DNA of 64,000 nt from the human T2T-CHM13v2.0 reference genome, Homo sapiens (GCF_009914755.1 NC_060933.1); one strand, 5' to 3'; numbered from the stretch's first letter, positions 1 to 12,808 are shown. Notes: a model not told the origin generated them from the sequence alone. Numbers and translations: made by a program.

Positions 1-3000
1 ACTGGAGGTTGCATTGTCCCCCAGGATTCCTCCTAAGCCGTGCCCTGTCTGTGCGGGCCCCCACTGGAGGTTGCATTGTCCCCCAGGATTCCTCCTAAGC
101 CGTGCCCTGTCTGTGCGGGCCCCCACTGGAGGTTGCATTGTCCCCCAGGATTCCTCCTAAGCCGTGCCCTGTCTGTGCGGGCCCCCACTGGAGGTTGCAT
201 TGTCCCCCAGGATTCCTCCTAAGCCGTGCCCTGTCTGTGCGGGCCCCCACTGGAGGTTGCATTGTCCCCCAGGATTCCTCCTAAGCCGTGCCCTGTCTGT
301 GCGCGCCCCCACTGGAGGTTGCATTGTCCCCCAGGATTCCTCCTAAGCCGTGCCCTGTCTGTGCGGGCCCCCACTGGAGGTTGCATTGTCCCCCAGGATT
401 CCTCCTAAGCCGTGCCCTGTCTGTGCGGGCCCCCACTGGAGGTTGCATTGTCCCCCAGGACTCCTCCTAAGCCGTGCCCTGTCTGTGCGGGCCCCCACTG
501 GAGGTTGCATTGTCCCCCAGGACTCCTCCTAAGCCGTGCCCTGTCTGTGCGGGCCCCCACTGGAGGTTGCATTGTCCCCCAGGACTCCTCCTAAGCCGTG
601 CCCTGTCTGTGCGGGCCCCCACTGGAGGTTGCATTGTCCCCCAGGACTCCTCCTAAGCCGTGCCCTGTCTGTGCGCGCCCCCACTGGAGGTTGCATTGTC
701 CCCCAGGACTCCTCCTAAGCCGTGCCCTGTCTGTGCGCGCCCCCACTGGAGGTTGCATTGTCCCCCAGGATTCCTCCTAAGCCGTGCCCTGTCTGTGCGC
801 GCCCCCACTGGAGGTTGCATTGTCCCCCAGGATTCCTCCTAAGCCGTGCCCTGTCTGTGCGGGCCCCCACTGGAGGTTGCATTGTCCCCCAGGATTCCTC
901 CTAAGCCGTGCCCTGTCTGTGCGGGCCCCCACTGGAGGTTGCATTGTCCCCCAGGATTCCTCCTAAGCCGTGCCCTGTCTGTGCGGGCCCCCACTGGAGG
1001 TTGCATTGTCCCCCAGGATTCCTCCTAAGCCGTGCCCTGTCTGTGCGCGCCCCCACTGGAGGTTGCATTGTCCCCCAGGATTCCTCCTAAGCCGTGCCCT
1101 GTCTGTGCGCGCCCCCACCGGAGGTTGCATTGTCCCCCAGGATTCCTCCTAAGCCGTGCCCTGTCTGTGCGGGCCCCCACCGGAGGTTGCATTGTCCCCC
1201 AGGATTCCTCCTAAGCCGTGCCCTGTCTGTGCGCGCCCCCACCGGAGGTTGCATTGTCCCCCAGGATTCCTCCTAAGCCGTGCCCTGTCTGTGCGGGCCC
1301 CCACCGGAGGTTGCATTGTCCCCCAGGATTCCTCCTAAGCCGTGCCCTGTCTGTGCGCGCCCCCACCGGAGGTTGCATTGTCCCCCAGGATTCCTCCTAA
1401 GCCGTGCCCTGTCTGTGCGCGCCCCCACCGGAGGTTGCATTGTCCCCCAGGATTCCTCCTAAGCCGTGCCCTGTCTGTGCGGGCCCCCACCGGAGGTTGC
1501 ATTGTCCCCCAGGATTCCTCCTAAGCCGTGCCCTGTCTGTGCGCGCCCCCACCGGAGGTTGCATTGTCCCCCAGGATTCCTCCTAAGCCGTGCCCTGTCT
1601 GTGCGCGCCCCCACCGGAGGTTGCATTGTCCCCCAGGATTCCTCCTAAGCCGTGCCCTGTCTGTGCGCGCCCCCACCGGAGGTTGCATTGTCCCCCAGGA
1701 TTCCTCCTAAGCCGTGCCCTGTCTGTGCGCGCCCCCACCGGAGGTTGCATTGTCCCCCAGGATTCCTCCTAAGCCGTGCCCTGTCTGTGCGCGCCCCCAC
1801 TGGAGGTTGCATTGTCCCCCAGGATTCCTCCTAAGCCGTGCCCTGTCTGTGCGCGCCCCCACTGGAGGTTGCATTGTCCCCCAGGATTTCTCCTAAGCCG
1901 TGCCCTGTCTGTGCGCGCCCCCACTGGAGGTTGCATTGTCCCCCAGGATTCCTCCTAAGCCGTGCCCTGTCTGTGCGCGCCCCCACTGGAGGTTGCATTG
2001 TCCCCCAGGATTCCTCCTAAGCCGTGCCCTGTCTGTGCGCGCCCCCACTGGAGGTTGCATTGTCCCCCAGGATTCCTCCTAAGCCGTGCCCTGTCTGTGC
2101 GGGCCCCCACTGGAGGTTGCATTGTCCCCCAGGATTCCTCCTAAGCCGTGCCCTGTCTGTGCGGGCCCCCACTGGAGGTTGCATTGTCCCCCAGGATTCC
2201 TCCTAAGCCGTGCCCTGTCTGTGCGCGCCCCCACTGGAGGTTGCATTGTCCCCCAGGATTCCTCCTAAGCCGTGCCCTGTCTGTGCGGGCCCCCACTGGA
2301 GGTTGCATTGTCCCCCAGGATTCCTCCTAAGCCGTGCCCTGTCTGTGCGCGCCCCCACTGGAGGTTGCATTGTCCCCCAGGATTCCTCCTAAGCCGTGCC
2401 CTGTCTGTGCGCGCCCCCACTGGAGGTTGCATTGTCCCCCAGGATTCCTCCTAAGCCGTGCCCTGTCTGTGCGCGCCCCCACTGGAGGTTGCATTGTCCC
2501 CCAGGATTCCTCCTAAGCCGTGCCCTGTCTGTGCGCGCCCCCACTGGAGGTTGCATTGTCCCCCAGGATTCCTCCTAAGCCGTGCCCTGTCTGTGCGCGC
2601 CCCCACTGGAGGTTGCATTGTCCCCCAGGATTCCTCCTAAGCCGTGCCCTGTCTGTGCGCGCCCCCACTGGAGGTTGCATTGTCCCCCAGGATTCCTCCT
2701 AAGCCGTGCCCTGTCTGTGCGCGCCCCCACTGGAGGTTGCATTGTCCCCCAGGATTCCTCCTAAGCCGTGCCCTGTCTGTGCGCGCCCCCACTGGAGGTT
2801 GCATTGTCCCCCAGGATTCCTCCTAAGCCGTGCCCTGTCTGTGCGCGCCCCCACTGGAGGTTGCATTGTCCCCCAGGATTCCTCCTAAGCCGTGCCCTGT
2901 CTGTGCGCGCCCCCACTGGAGGTTGCATTGTCCCCCAGGATTCCTCCTAAGCCGTGCCCTGTCTGTGCGCGCCCCCACTGGAGGTTGCATTGTCCCCCAG

Positions 3001-6000
3001 GATTCCTCCTAAGCCGTGCCCTGTCTGTGCGCGCCCCCACTGGAGGTTGCATTGTCCCCCAGGATTCCTCCTAAGCCGTGCCCTGTCTGTGCGCGCCCCC
3101 ACTGGAGGTTGCATTGTCCCCCAGGATTCCTCCTAAGCCGTGCCCTGTCTGTGCGCGCCCCCACCGGAGGTTGCATTGTCCCCCAGGATTCCTCCTAAGC
3201 CGTGCCCTGTCTGTGCGCGCCCCCACCGGAGGTTGCATTGTCCCCCAGGATTCCTCCTAAGCCGTGCCCTGTCTGTGCGCGCCCCCACCGGAGGTTGCAT
3301 TGTCCCCCAGGATTCCTCCTAAGCCGTGCCCTGTCTGTGCGCGCCCCCACCGGAGGTTGCATTGTCCCCCAGGATTCCTCCTAAGCCGTGCCCTGTCTGT
3401 GCGCGCCCCCACCGGAGGTTGCATTGTCCCCCAGGATTCCTCCTAAGCCGTGCCCTGTCTGTGCGCGCCCCCACCGGAGGTTGCATTGTCCCCCAGGATT
3501 CCTCCTAAGCCGTGCCCTGTCTGTGCGCGCCCCCACCGGAGGTTGCATTGTCCCCCAGGATTCCTCCTAAGCCGTGCCCTGTCTGTGCGCGCCCCCACCG
3601 GAGGTTGCATTGTCCCCCAGGATTCCTCCTAAGCCGTGCCCTGTCTGTGCGCGCCCCCACCGGAGGTTGCATTGTCCCCCAGGATTCCTCCTAAGCCGTG
3701 CCCTGTCTGTGCGCGCCCCCACCGGAGGTTGCATTGTCCCCCAGGATTCCTCCTAAGCCGTGCCCTGTCTGTGCGGGCCCCCACCGGAGGTTGCATTGTC
3801 CCCCAGGATTCCTCCTAAGCCGTGCCCTGTCTGTGCGGGCCCCCACCGGAGGTTGCATTGTCCCCCAGGATTCCTCCTAAGCCGTGCCCTGTCTGTGCGG
3901 GCCCCCACCGGAGGTTGCATTGTCCCCCAGGATTCCTCCTAAGCCGTGCCCTGTCTGTGCGGGCCCCCACCGGAGGTTGCATTGTCCCCCAGGATTCCTC
4001 CTAAGCCGTGCCCTGTCTGTGCGGGCCCCCACCGGAGGTTGCATTGTCCCCCAGGATTCCTCCTAAGCCGTGCCCTGTCTGTGCGCGCCCCCACCGGAGG
4101 TTGCATTGTCCCCCAGGATTCCTCCTAAGCCGTGCCCTGTCTGTGCGCGCCCCCACCGGAGGTTGCATTGTCCCCCAGGATTCCTCCTAAGCCGTGCCCT
4201 GTCTGTGCGCGCCCCCACCGGAGGTTGCATTGTCCCCCAGGATTCCTCCTAAGCCGTGCCCTGTCTGTGCGCGCCCCCACCGGAGGTTGCATTGTCCCCC
4301 AGGATTCCTCCTAAGCCGTGCCCTGTCTGTGCGCGCCCCCACCGGAGGTTGCATTGTCCCCCAGGATTCCTCCTAAGCCGTGCCCTGTCTGTGCGCGCCC
4401 CCACCGGAGGTTGCATTGTCCCCCAGGATTCCTCCTAAGCCGTGCCCTGTCTGTGCGCGCCCCCACCGGAGGTTGCATTGTCCCCCAGGATTCCTCCTAA
4501 GCCGTGCCCTGTCTGTGCGCGCCCCCACCGGAGGTTGCATTGTCCCCCAGGATTCCTCCTAAGCCGTGCCCTGTCTGTGCGCGCCCCCACCGGAGGTTGC
4601 ATTGTCCCCCAGGATTCCTCCTAAGCCGTGCCCTGTCTGTGCGCGCCCCCACCGGAGGTTGCATTGTCCCCCAGGATTCCTCCTAAGCCGTGCCCTGTCT
4701 GTGCGCGCCCCCACCGGAGGTTGCATTGTCCCCCAGGATTCCTCCTAAGCCGTGCCCTGTCTGTGCGCGCCCCCACCGGAGGTTGCATTGTCCCCCAGGA
4801 TTCCTCCTAAGCCGTGCCCTGTCTGTGCGCGCCCCCACCGGAGGTTGCATTGTCCCCCAGGATTCCTCCTAAGCCGTGCCCTGTCTGTGCGCGCCCCCAC
4901 CGGAGGTTGCATTGTCCCCCAGGATTCCTCCTAAGCCGTGCCCTGTCTGTGCGCGCCCCCACCGGAGGTTGCATTGTCCCCCAGGATTCCTCCTAAGCCG
5001 TGCCCTGTCTGTGCGCGCCCCCACTGGAGGTTGCATTGTCCCCCAGGATTCCTCCTAAGCCGTGCCCTGTCTGTGCGCGCCCCCACTGGAGGTTGCATTG
5101 TCCCCCAGGATTCCTCCTAAGCCGTGCCCTGTCTGTGCGGGCCCCCACTGGAGGTTGCATTGTCCCCCAGGATTCCTCCTAAGCCGTGCCCTGTCTGTGC
5201 GGGCCCCCACTGGAGGTTGCATTGTCCCCCAGGATTCCTCCTAAGCCGTGCCCTGTCTGTGCGCGCCCCCACTGGAGGTTGCATTGTCCCCCAGGATTCC
5301 TCCTAAGCCGTGCCCTGTCTGTGCGCGCCCCCACTGGAGGTTGCATTGTCCCCCAGGATTCCTCCTAAGCCGTGCCCTGTCTGTGCGCGCCCCCACTGGA
5401 GGTTGCATTGTCCCCCAGGATTCCTCCTAAGCCGTGCCCTGTCTGTGCGCGCCCCCACTGGAGGTTGCATTGTCCCCCAGGATTCCTCCTAAGCCGTGCC
5501 CTGTCTGTGCGCGCCCCCACTGGAGGTTGCATTGTCCCCCAGGATTCCTCCTAAGCCGTGCCCTGTCTGTGCGCGCCCCCACTGGAGGTTGCATTGTCCC
5601 CCAGGATTCCTCCTAAGCCGTGCCCTGTCTGTGCGCGCCCCCACTGGAGGTTGCATTGTCCCCCAGGATTCCTCCTAAGCCGTGCCCTGTCTGTGCGCGC
5701 CCCCACTGGAGGTTGCATTGTCCCCCAGGATTCCTCCTAAGCCGTGCCCTGTCTGTGCGCGCCCCCACTGGAGGTTGCATTGTCCCCCAGGATTCCTCCT
5801 AAGCCGTGCCCTGTCTGTGCGCGCCCCCACTGGAGGTTGCATTGTCCCCCAGGATTCCTCCTAAGCCGTGCCCTGTCTGTGCGCGCCCCCACTGGAGGTT
5901 GCATTGTCCCCCAGGATTCCTCCTAAGCCGTGCCCTGTCTGTGCGCGCCCCCACTGGAGGTTGCATTGTCCCCCAGGATTCCTCCTAAGCCGTGCCCTGT

Positions 6001-9000
6001 CTGTGCGCGCCCCCACTGGAGGTTGCATTGTCCCCCAGGATTCCTCCTAAGCCGTGCCCTGTCTGTGCGCGCCCCCACTGGAGGTTGCATTGTCCCCCAG
6101 GATTCCTCCTAAGCCGTGCCCTGTCTGTGCGCGCCCCCACTGGAGGTTGCATTGTCCCCCAGGATTCCTCCTAAGCCGTGCCCTGTCTGTGCGCGCCCCC
6201 ACTGGAGGTTGCATTGTCCCCCAGGATTCCTCCTAAGCCGTGCCCTGTCTGTGCGCGCCCCCACTGGAGGTTGCATTGTCCCCCAGGATTCCTCCTAAGC
6301 CGTGCCCTGTCTGTGCGCGCCCCCACTGGAGGTTGCATTGTCCCCCAGGATTCCTCCTAAGCCGTGCCCTGTCTGTGCGCGCCCCCACTGGAGGTTGCAT
6401 TGTCCCCCAGGATTCCTCCTAAGCCGTGCCCTGTCTGTGCGCGCCCCCACTGGAGGTTGCATTGTCCCCCAGGATTCCTCCTAAGCCGTGCCCTGTCTGT
6501 GCGCGCCCCCACTGGAGGTTGCATTGTCCCCCAGGATTCCTCCTAAGCCGTGCCCTGTCTGTGCGCGCCCCCACTGGAGGTTGCATTGTCCCCCAGGATT
6601 CCTCCTAAGCCGTGCCCTGTCTGTGCGCGCCCCCACTGGAGGTTGCATTGTCCCCCAGGATTCCTCCTAAGCCGTGCCCTGTCTGTGCGCGCCCCCACTG
6701 GAGGTTGCATTGTCCCCCAGGATTCCTCCTAAGCCGTGCCCTGTCTGTGCGCGCCCCCACTGGAGGTTGCATTGTCCCCCAGGATTCCTCCTAAGCCGTG
6801 CCCTGTCTGTGCGCGCCCCCACTGGAGGTTGCATTGTCCCCCAGGATTCCTCCTAAGCCGTGCCCTGTCTGTGCGCGCCCCCACTGGAGGTTGCATTGTC
6901 CCCCAGGATTCCTCCTAAGCCGTGCCCTGTCTGTGCGCGCCCCCACTGGAGGTTGCATTGTCCCCCAGGATTCCTCCTAAGCCGTGCCCTGTCTGTGCGC
7001 GCCCCCACTGGAGGTTGCATTGTCCCCCAGGATTCCTCCTAAGCCGTGCCCTGTCTGTGCGCGCCCCCACTGGAGGTTGCATTGTCCCCCAGGATTCCTC
7101 CTAAGCCGTGCCCTGTCTGTGCGCGCCCCCACTGGAGGTTGCATTGTCCCCCAGGATTCCTCCTAAGCCGTGCCCTGTCTGTGCGCGCCCCCACTGGAGG
7201 TTGCATTGTCCCCCAGGATTCCTCCTAAGCCGTGCCCTGTCTGTGCGCGCCCCCACTGGAGGTTGCATTGTCCCCCAGGATTCCTCCTAAGCCGTGCCCT
7301 GTCTGTGCGCGCCCCCACTGGAGGTTGCATTGTCCCCCAGGATTCCTCCTAAGCCGTGCCCTGTCTGTGCGCGCCCCCACTGGAGGTTGCATTGTCCCCC
7401 AGGATTCCTCCTAAGCCGTGCCCTGTCTGTGCGCGCCCCCACTGGAGGTTGCATTGTCCCCCAGGATTCCTCCTAAGCCGTGCCCTGTCTGTGCGCGCCC
7501 CCACTGGAGGTTGCATTGTCCCCCAGGATTCCTCCTAAGCCGTGCCCTGTCTGTGCGCGCCCCCACTGGAGGTTGCATTGTCCCCCAGGATTCCTCCTAA
7601 GCCGTGCCCTGTCTGTGCGCGCCCCCACTGGAGGTTGCATTGTCCCCCAGGATTCCTCCTAAGCCGTGCCCTGTCTGTGCGCGCCCCCACTGGAGGTTGC
7701 ATTGTCCCCCAGGATTCCTCCTAAGCCGTGCCCTGTCTGTGCGCGCCCCCACTGGAGGTTGCATTGTCCCCCAGGATTCCTCCTAAGCCGTGCCCTGTCT
7801 GTGCGCGCCCCCACTGGAGGTTGCATTGTCCCCCAGGATTCCTCCTAAGCCGTGCCCTGTCTGTGCGCGCCCCCACTGGAGGTTGCATTGTCCCCCAGGA
7901 TTCCTCCTAAGCCGTGCCCTGTCTGTGCGCGCCCCCACTGGAGGTTGCATTGTCCCCCAGGATTCCTCCTAAGCCGTGCCCTGTCTGTGCGCGCCCCCAC
8001 TGGAGGTTGCATTGTCCCCCAGGATTCCTCCTAAGCCGTGCCCTGTCTGTGCGCGCCCCCACTGGAGGTTGCATTGTCCCCCAGGATTCCTCCTAAGCCG
8101 TGCCCTGTCTGTGCGCGCCCCCACTGGAGGTTGCATTGTCCCCCAGGATTCCTCCTAAGCCGTGCCCTGTCTGTGCGCGCCCCCACTGGAGGTTGCATTG
8201 TCCCCCAGGATTCCTCCTAAGCCGTGCCCTGTCTGTGCGGGCCCCCACTGGAGGTTGCATTGTCCCCCAGGATTCCTCCTAAGCCGTGCCCTGTCTGTGC
8301 GGGCCCCCACTGGAGGTTGCATTGTCCCCCAGGATTCCTCCTAAGCCGTGCCCTGTCTGTGCGCGCCCCCACTGGAGGTTGCATTGTCCCCCAGGATTCC
8401 TCCTAAGCCGTGCCCTGTCTGTGCGCGCCCCCACTGGAGGTTGCATTGTCCCCCAGGATTCCTCCTAAGCCGTGCCCTGTCTGTGCGCGCCCCCACTGGA
8501 GGTTGCATTGTCCCCCAGGATTCCTCCTAAGCCGTGCCCTGTCTGTGCGCGCCCCCACTGGAGGTTGCATTGTCCCCCAGGATTCCTCCTAAGCCGTGCC
8601 CTGTCTGTGCGCGCCCCCACTGGAGGTTGCATTGTCCCCCAGGATTCCTCCTAAGCCGTGCCCTGTCTGTGCGCGCCCCCACTGGAGGTTGCATTGTCCC
8701 CCAGGATTCCTCCTAAGCCGTGCCCTGTCTGTGCGCGCCCCCACTGGAGGTTGCATTGTCCCCCAGGATTCCTCCTAAGCCGTGCCCTGTCTGTGCGCGC
8801 CCCCACTGGAGGTTGCATTGTCCCCCAGGATTCCTCCTAAGCCGTGCCCTGTCTGTGCGCGCCCCCACTGGAGGTTGCATTGTCCCCCAGGATTCCTCCT
8901 AAGCCGTGCCCTGTCTGTGCGCGCCCCCACTGGAGGTTGCATTGTCCCCCAGGATTCCTCCTAAGCCGTGCCCTGTCTGTGCGCGCCCCCACTGGAGGTT

Positions 9001-9691
9001 GCATTGTCCCCCAGGATTCCTCCTAAGCCGTGCCCTGTCTGTGCGCGCCCCCACTGGAGGTTGCATTGTCCCCCAGGATTCCTCCTAAGCCGTGCCCTGT
9101 CTGTGCGCGCCCCCACTGGAGGTTGCATTGTCCCCCAGGATTCCTCCTAAGCCGTGCCCTGTCTGTGCGCGCCCCCACTGGAGGTTGCATTGTCCCCCAG
9201 GATTCCTCCTAAGCCGTGCCCTGTCTGTGCGCGCCCCCACTGGAGGTTGCATTGTCCCCCAGGATTCCTCCTAAGCCGTGCCCTGTCTGTGCGGGCCCCC
9301 ACTGGAGGTTGCATTGTCCCCCAGGATTCCTCCTAAGCCGTGCCCTGTCTGTGCGGGCCCCCACTGGAGGTTGCATTGTCCCCCAGGATTCCTCCTAAGC
9401 CGTGCCCTGTCTGTGCGGGCCCCCACTGGAGGTTGCATTGTCCCCCAGGATTCCTCCTAAGCCGTGCCCTGTCTGTGCGCGCCCCCACTGGAGGTTGCAT
9501 TGTCCCCCAGGATTCCTCCTAAGCCGTGCCCTGTCTGTGCGCGCCCCCACTGGAGGTTGCATTGTCCCCCAGGATTCCTCCTAAGCCGTGCCCTGTCTGT
9601 GCGCGCCCCCACTGGAGGTTGCATTGTCCCCCAGGATTCCTCCTAAGCCGTGCCCTGTCTGTGCGCGCCCCCACTGGAGGTTGCATTGTCC
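1..9691 (+). repeat. 62-bp minisatellite (VNTR), about 156 copies, continuing past the window start; derived from the HERV-H gag zinc-knuckle coding sequence
   Basis: Unit actggaggttgcattgtcccccaggattcctcctaagccgtgccctgtctgtgcg(g/c)gccccc repeats with an exact 62-nt period (the ORF track repeats every 62 nt). The last unit runs directly into unique gag sequence at 9692. Confidence 0.99.
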
Positions 9692-9791
9692 GACTCACAT
9701 CGTCGCGGCTCCTAAAGCCCCTGGAGCCCAAACCCAACGTTCTTTGGCCGACTCCCTCCCAGATCTCCTCGGCTTAGCAGCTGAAGACTGA
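9624..9791 (+). pseudogene. gag: HERV-H gag C-terminus (last zinc knuckle and tail)
   Basis: Translates as ..PRIPPKPCPVCARPHWRLHCPTHIVAAPKAPGAQTQRSLADSLPDLLGLAAED* with TGA at 9789-9791. It contains a C-x2-C-x3-H-x4-C knuckle and a tail I recognise as HERV-H Gag. Confidence 0.85.
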
Positions 9792-10200
9792 CGCTGCCTG
9801 ATCGCATCCCCTAGGAAGCCCCCTGGATCATCACGGACGCCGAGCTTCGGGTAACTCTTATGGTGGAGGGTAAGTCCATCCCCTGTTTAATTGATACGGG
9901 GCCTACCCACTCCACATTACCTTCTTCTCAAGGGCCTGTTTCTTTGCCCCATAACTGTTGTGGGTATTGACGGCCAGGCTTCTAAACCCCTTAAAACTCC
10001 CCCACTCTGATGCCAACTTGGACAACATTCTTTTATGCACTCTGTTTTAGTTATCCCCACCTGCCCAGTTCACTTATTAGGCTGAGACATTTTAACTAAA
10101 TTATCTGCTTCCCTGACTATTCCTGGACTACAGCCACATCTCATTGCCACCCGTCTTCTCAACTCAAAGCCTCCTTCATGTCTTCCTCTCGTATCCCCCC
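9792..10200 (+). pseudogene. pro: HERV-H protease remnant (disrupted)
   Basis: tta att gat acg ggg encodes LIDTG, the aspartyl protease motif, at 9887-9901. No intact ORF is present. Confidence 0.8.
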
Positions 10201-12808
10201 AACTTAACCCACAAGTATGGGACATCTCTACTCCCTCCCTGGCAATCGATCACATGCCCATTACTATCCTATTAAAACCTAATCACCCATACCCTGCTCA
10301 ATGCCAGTATCCCATCCCACAACAGGCTTTAAGGGGATTTAAGGGGATTATCACTCACCTGCTACAGCATAGGCTTCTAAAACCTATAAACTCTCCTTAC
10401 AATTCTCCCATTTTACCTGTTCAAAAACCAGACAAGTCTTACAGGTTAGTTCAGGATCTGCGCCTTATCAACCAATTTGTTTTGCCTAGTCACCACGTGG
10501 TGCCCCACCGTACACTCTTTTGTCCTCAATACCTTCCTCCACAACTCACTATTCCATTCTCGATCTTAAAGATGCTTTTTTCACTATTCCTCTGTACCCC
10601 TCGTCCCAGCCTCTCTTTGCTTTTACCTGGACTGACCCTGACACCCATCGGTCCCAGCAGCTTACCTGGGCTGTGCTGCCGCAAGGTTTCGGGGACAGCC
10701 CTCATTACTTCAGCCAAGCTCTTTCTCATGATTTACTTTCTTTCCACCCCTCTGCTTCTCACCTTATTCAATATATTGATGACCTTCTTCTTTGTAGCCC
10801 CTCCTTTGAATCTTCTCAATGAGACACCCTCCTGCTCCTTCAACATTTATTCTCCAAGGGATATCGGGTATCCCCCTCCAAAGCTCAAATTTCTTCTCCA
10901 TCCATTACCTACCTTGGCATAATTCTTCATAAAAACACACGTGCTCTCCCTGCCGATAGTGTCCGACTGATCTCTCAAACCCCAACCCCTTCTACAAAAC
11001 AACAACTCCCTTCCTTCCTGGGCATGGTTGGATGCTTTCACCTTTGGAAACCTGGTTTTGCCACCCTAACAAAACCATTATATAAAGTCACAAAAGGAAA
11101 CCTAGCTGACCCCATAGATCCTAAATCCTTTCCCCACTCCTCTTTCCATTCCTTGAAGACAGCTTTAGAGACTGCCCTCACACTAGCCCTCCCTGACTCA
11201 TCCCAACCCTTTTCATTACACACGGCTGAAGTGCAGGGCTGTGCAGTCGGAATTCTCACACAAGGACCGGGATGATGCCCTGTAGCCTTTTTGTCCAAAC
11301 AATTTGACCTCACTGTTTTAGGCTGGCCATCATGTCTCCATGCAGCGGCTGCTGCCGCCCTAATACTTTTAGAGGCCCTCAAAATCACAAACTATGCTCA
11401 ACTCACTCTCTATGGCTCTCATAACTTCCAAAATCTATTTTCTCCCTCACACCCGTCACATATACTTTCTGCTCCCCGGCTCCTTCACTCTTTGTCGAGT
11501 CTCCCACAGTTACCATTGTTCCTGGCCCGCACTTCAATCCGGCCTGCCATGTTATTCCTGATACCACACTTGACCCCCATGACTGTTTCTCTCTGATACA
11601 CCTGACATTCACTCCATTTCCCCATATTTCCTTCTTTCCTGTTCCTCACCCTGATCACACTTGGTTTACTGATGGCAGTTCCACCAGGCCTAATTGCCAC
11701 TCACCAGCAAAGGCAGGCTATGCTATAGTATCTTCCACATCTATCATTGAGGCTATCGCTCTACCCCCCAACTACCTCTCAGCAAGCCAAACTCGTTGCC
11801 TTAACTCAAGCCCTCACTTTTGCAAAGGAATTATGCGTCAATATTTATACTGACTCTAAATATGCCTTCCATATCCTGCACCACCATGCTGTTACATGGG
11901 CTGAAAGAGGTTTCCTCACTATGTAAGGGTCCTCCATCATTAATGCCTCTTAAATAAAAACTCTGCTCAAGGCCGCTTTACTTCCAAAGGAAGCTGGAGT
12001 CCTTCACTGCAAGGGCCACCAAAAGGCATCAGATCCCATCGCTCAGGGCAACGCTTACACTGATAAGGTAGCTAAAGAAGCAGCTAGCGTTCCAACTTCT
12101 GTCCCTCACATCCAGTTTTTCTCCTTCACATCGGTCACTCCCACCTACTCTCCCACTGAAACTTCCACCTATCAGTCTCTTCCCACACAAGGCCAATGGT
12201 TCTTAGACCAAGGAAAATATCTCCTTCCAGCCTCACAGGCCCATTCTATTCTATCGTCATTTTATAACCTCTTCCGTGTAGGTTACAAGCCGCTAGCCCG
12301 TCTCTTAGAACCTCTCATTTCCTTTCCATCATGGAAATCTATCCTCAAGGAAATCACTTCTCAGTGTTGCATCTGCTATTCTACTACTCCTCAGGGATTA
12401 TTCAGGGCCCCTCCCTTCCCTACACATCAAGCTCAGGGATTTGGCCCTGCCCAGGACTGGCAAATTGACTTTACTCACATGCCTCAACTCAGGAAAATAA
12501 AATACCTCTTGGTCTGGGTAGACACTTTCACTGGATAGGTAGAGGCCTTTCCCGCAGGGTCTGAGAAGGCCACCGCAGTCATTTCTTCCCTTCTGTCAGA
12601 TATAATTCCTCGGTTTGGCCTTCCCACCTCTATACAGTCCAATAACAGACCAGCCTTTATTAGTCGAATCACCCAAGCTGTTTCTCAGGCTCTTGGTCTT
12701 CAGTGGAACTTTCATACCCCTTACCGTCCTCAATCTTCAGGAAAGGTAGAATGGATTAATGGTCTTTTAAAAACACACCTCACCAAGCTCAGCCTCCAAC
12801 TTAAAAAA
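10201..12808 (+). pseudogene. pol: HERV-H pol remnant (RT, RNase H, integrase) with frameshifts and stops
   Basis: RT motifs PVQKPDKSYRLVQDLR, LDLKDAFF, LPQGF and QYIDDLLL (ORFs 10254 and 10520). RNase H motifs WFTDGS (~11662) and NIYTDSKYAF (~11840). Integrase motif DWQIDFTHMP (~12455). Confidence 0.92.

Noticed and set aside
40-9646. About 150 repeated 60-aa 'MPCLC...' ORFs as a tandem gene array
   Set aside because: They start at GTG, overlap each other every 62 nt and mix three frames of one repeat unit. They are artefacts of repeat periodicity.
1-9691. CRISPR-like array
   Set aside because: There are no unique spacers and no cas genes. It is a pure tandem repeat in primate DNA.
10254-12808. 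Functional reverse transcriptase or integrase
   Set aside because: Multiple frameshifts and stop codons (for example TGA at 10820-10822). The provirus is coding-defective.
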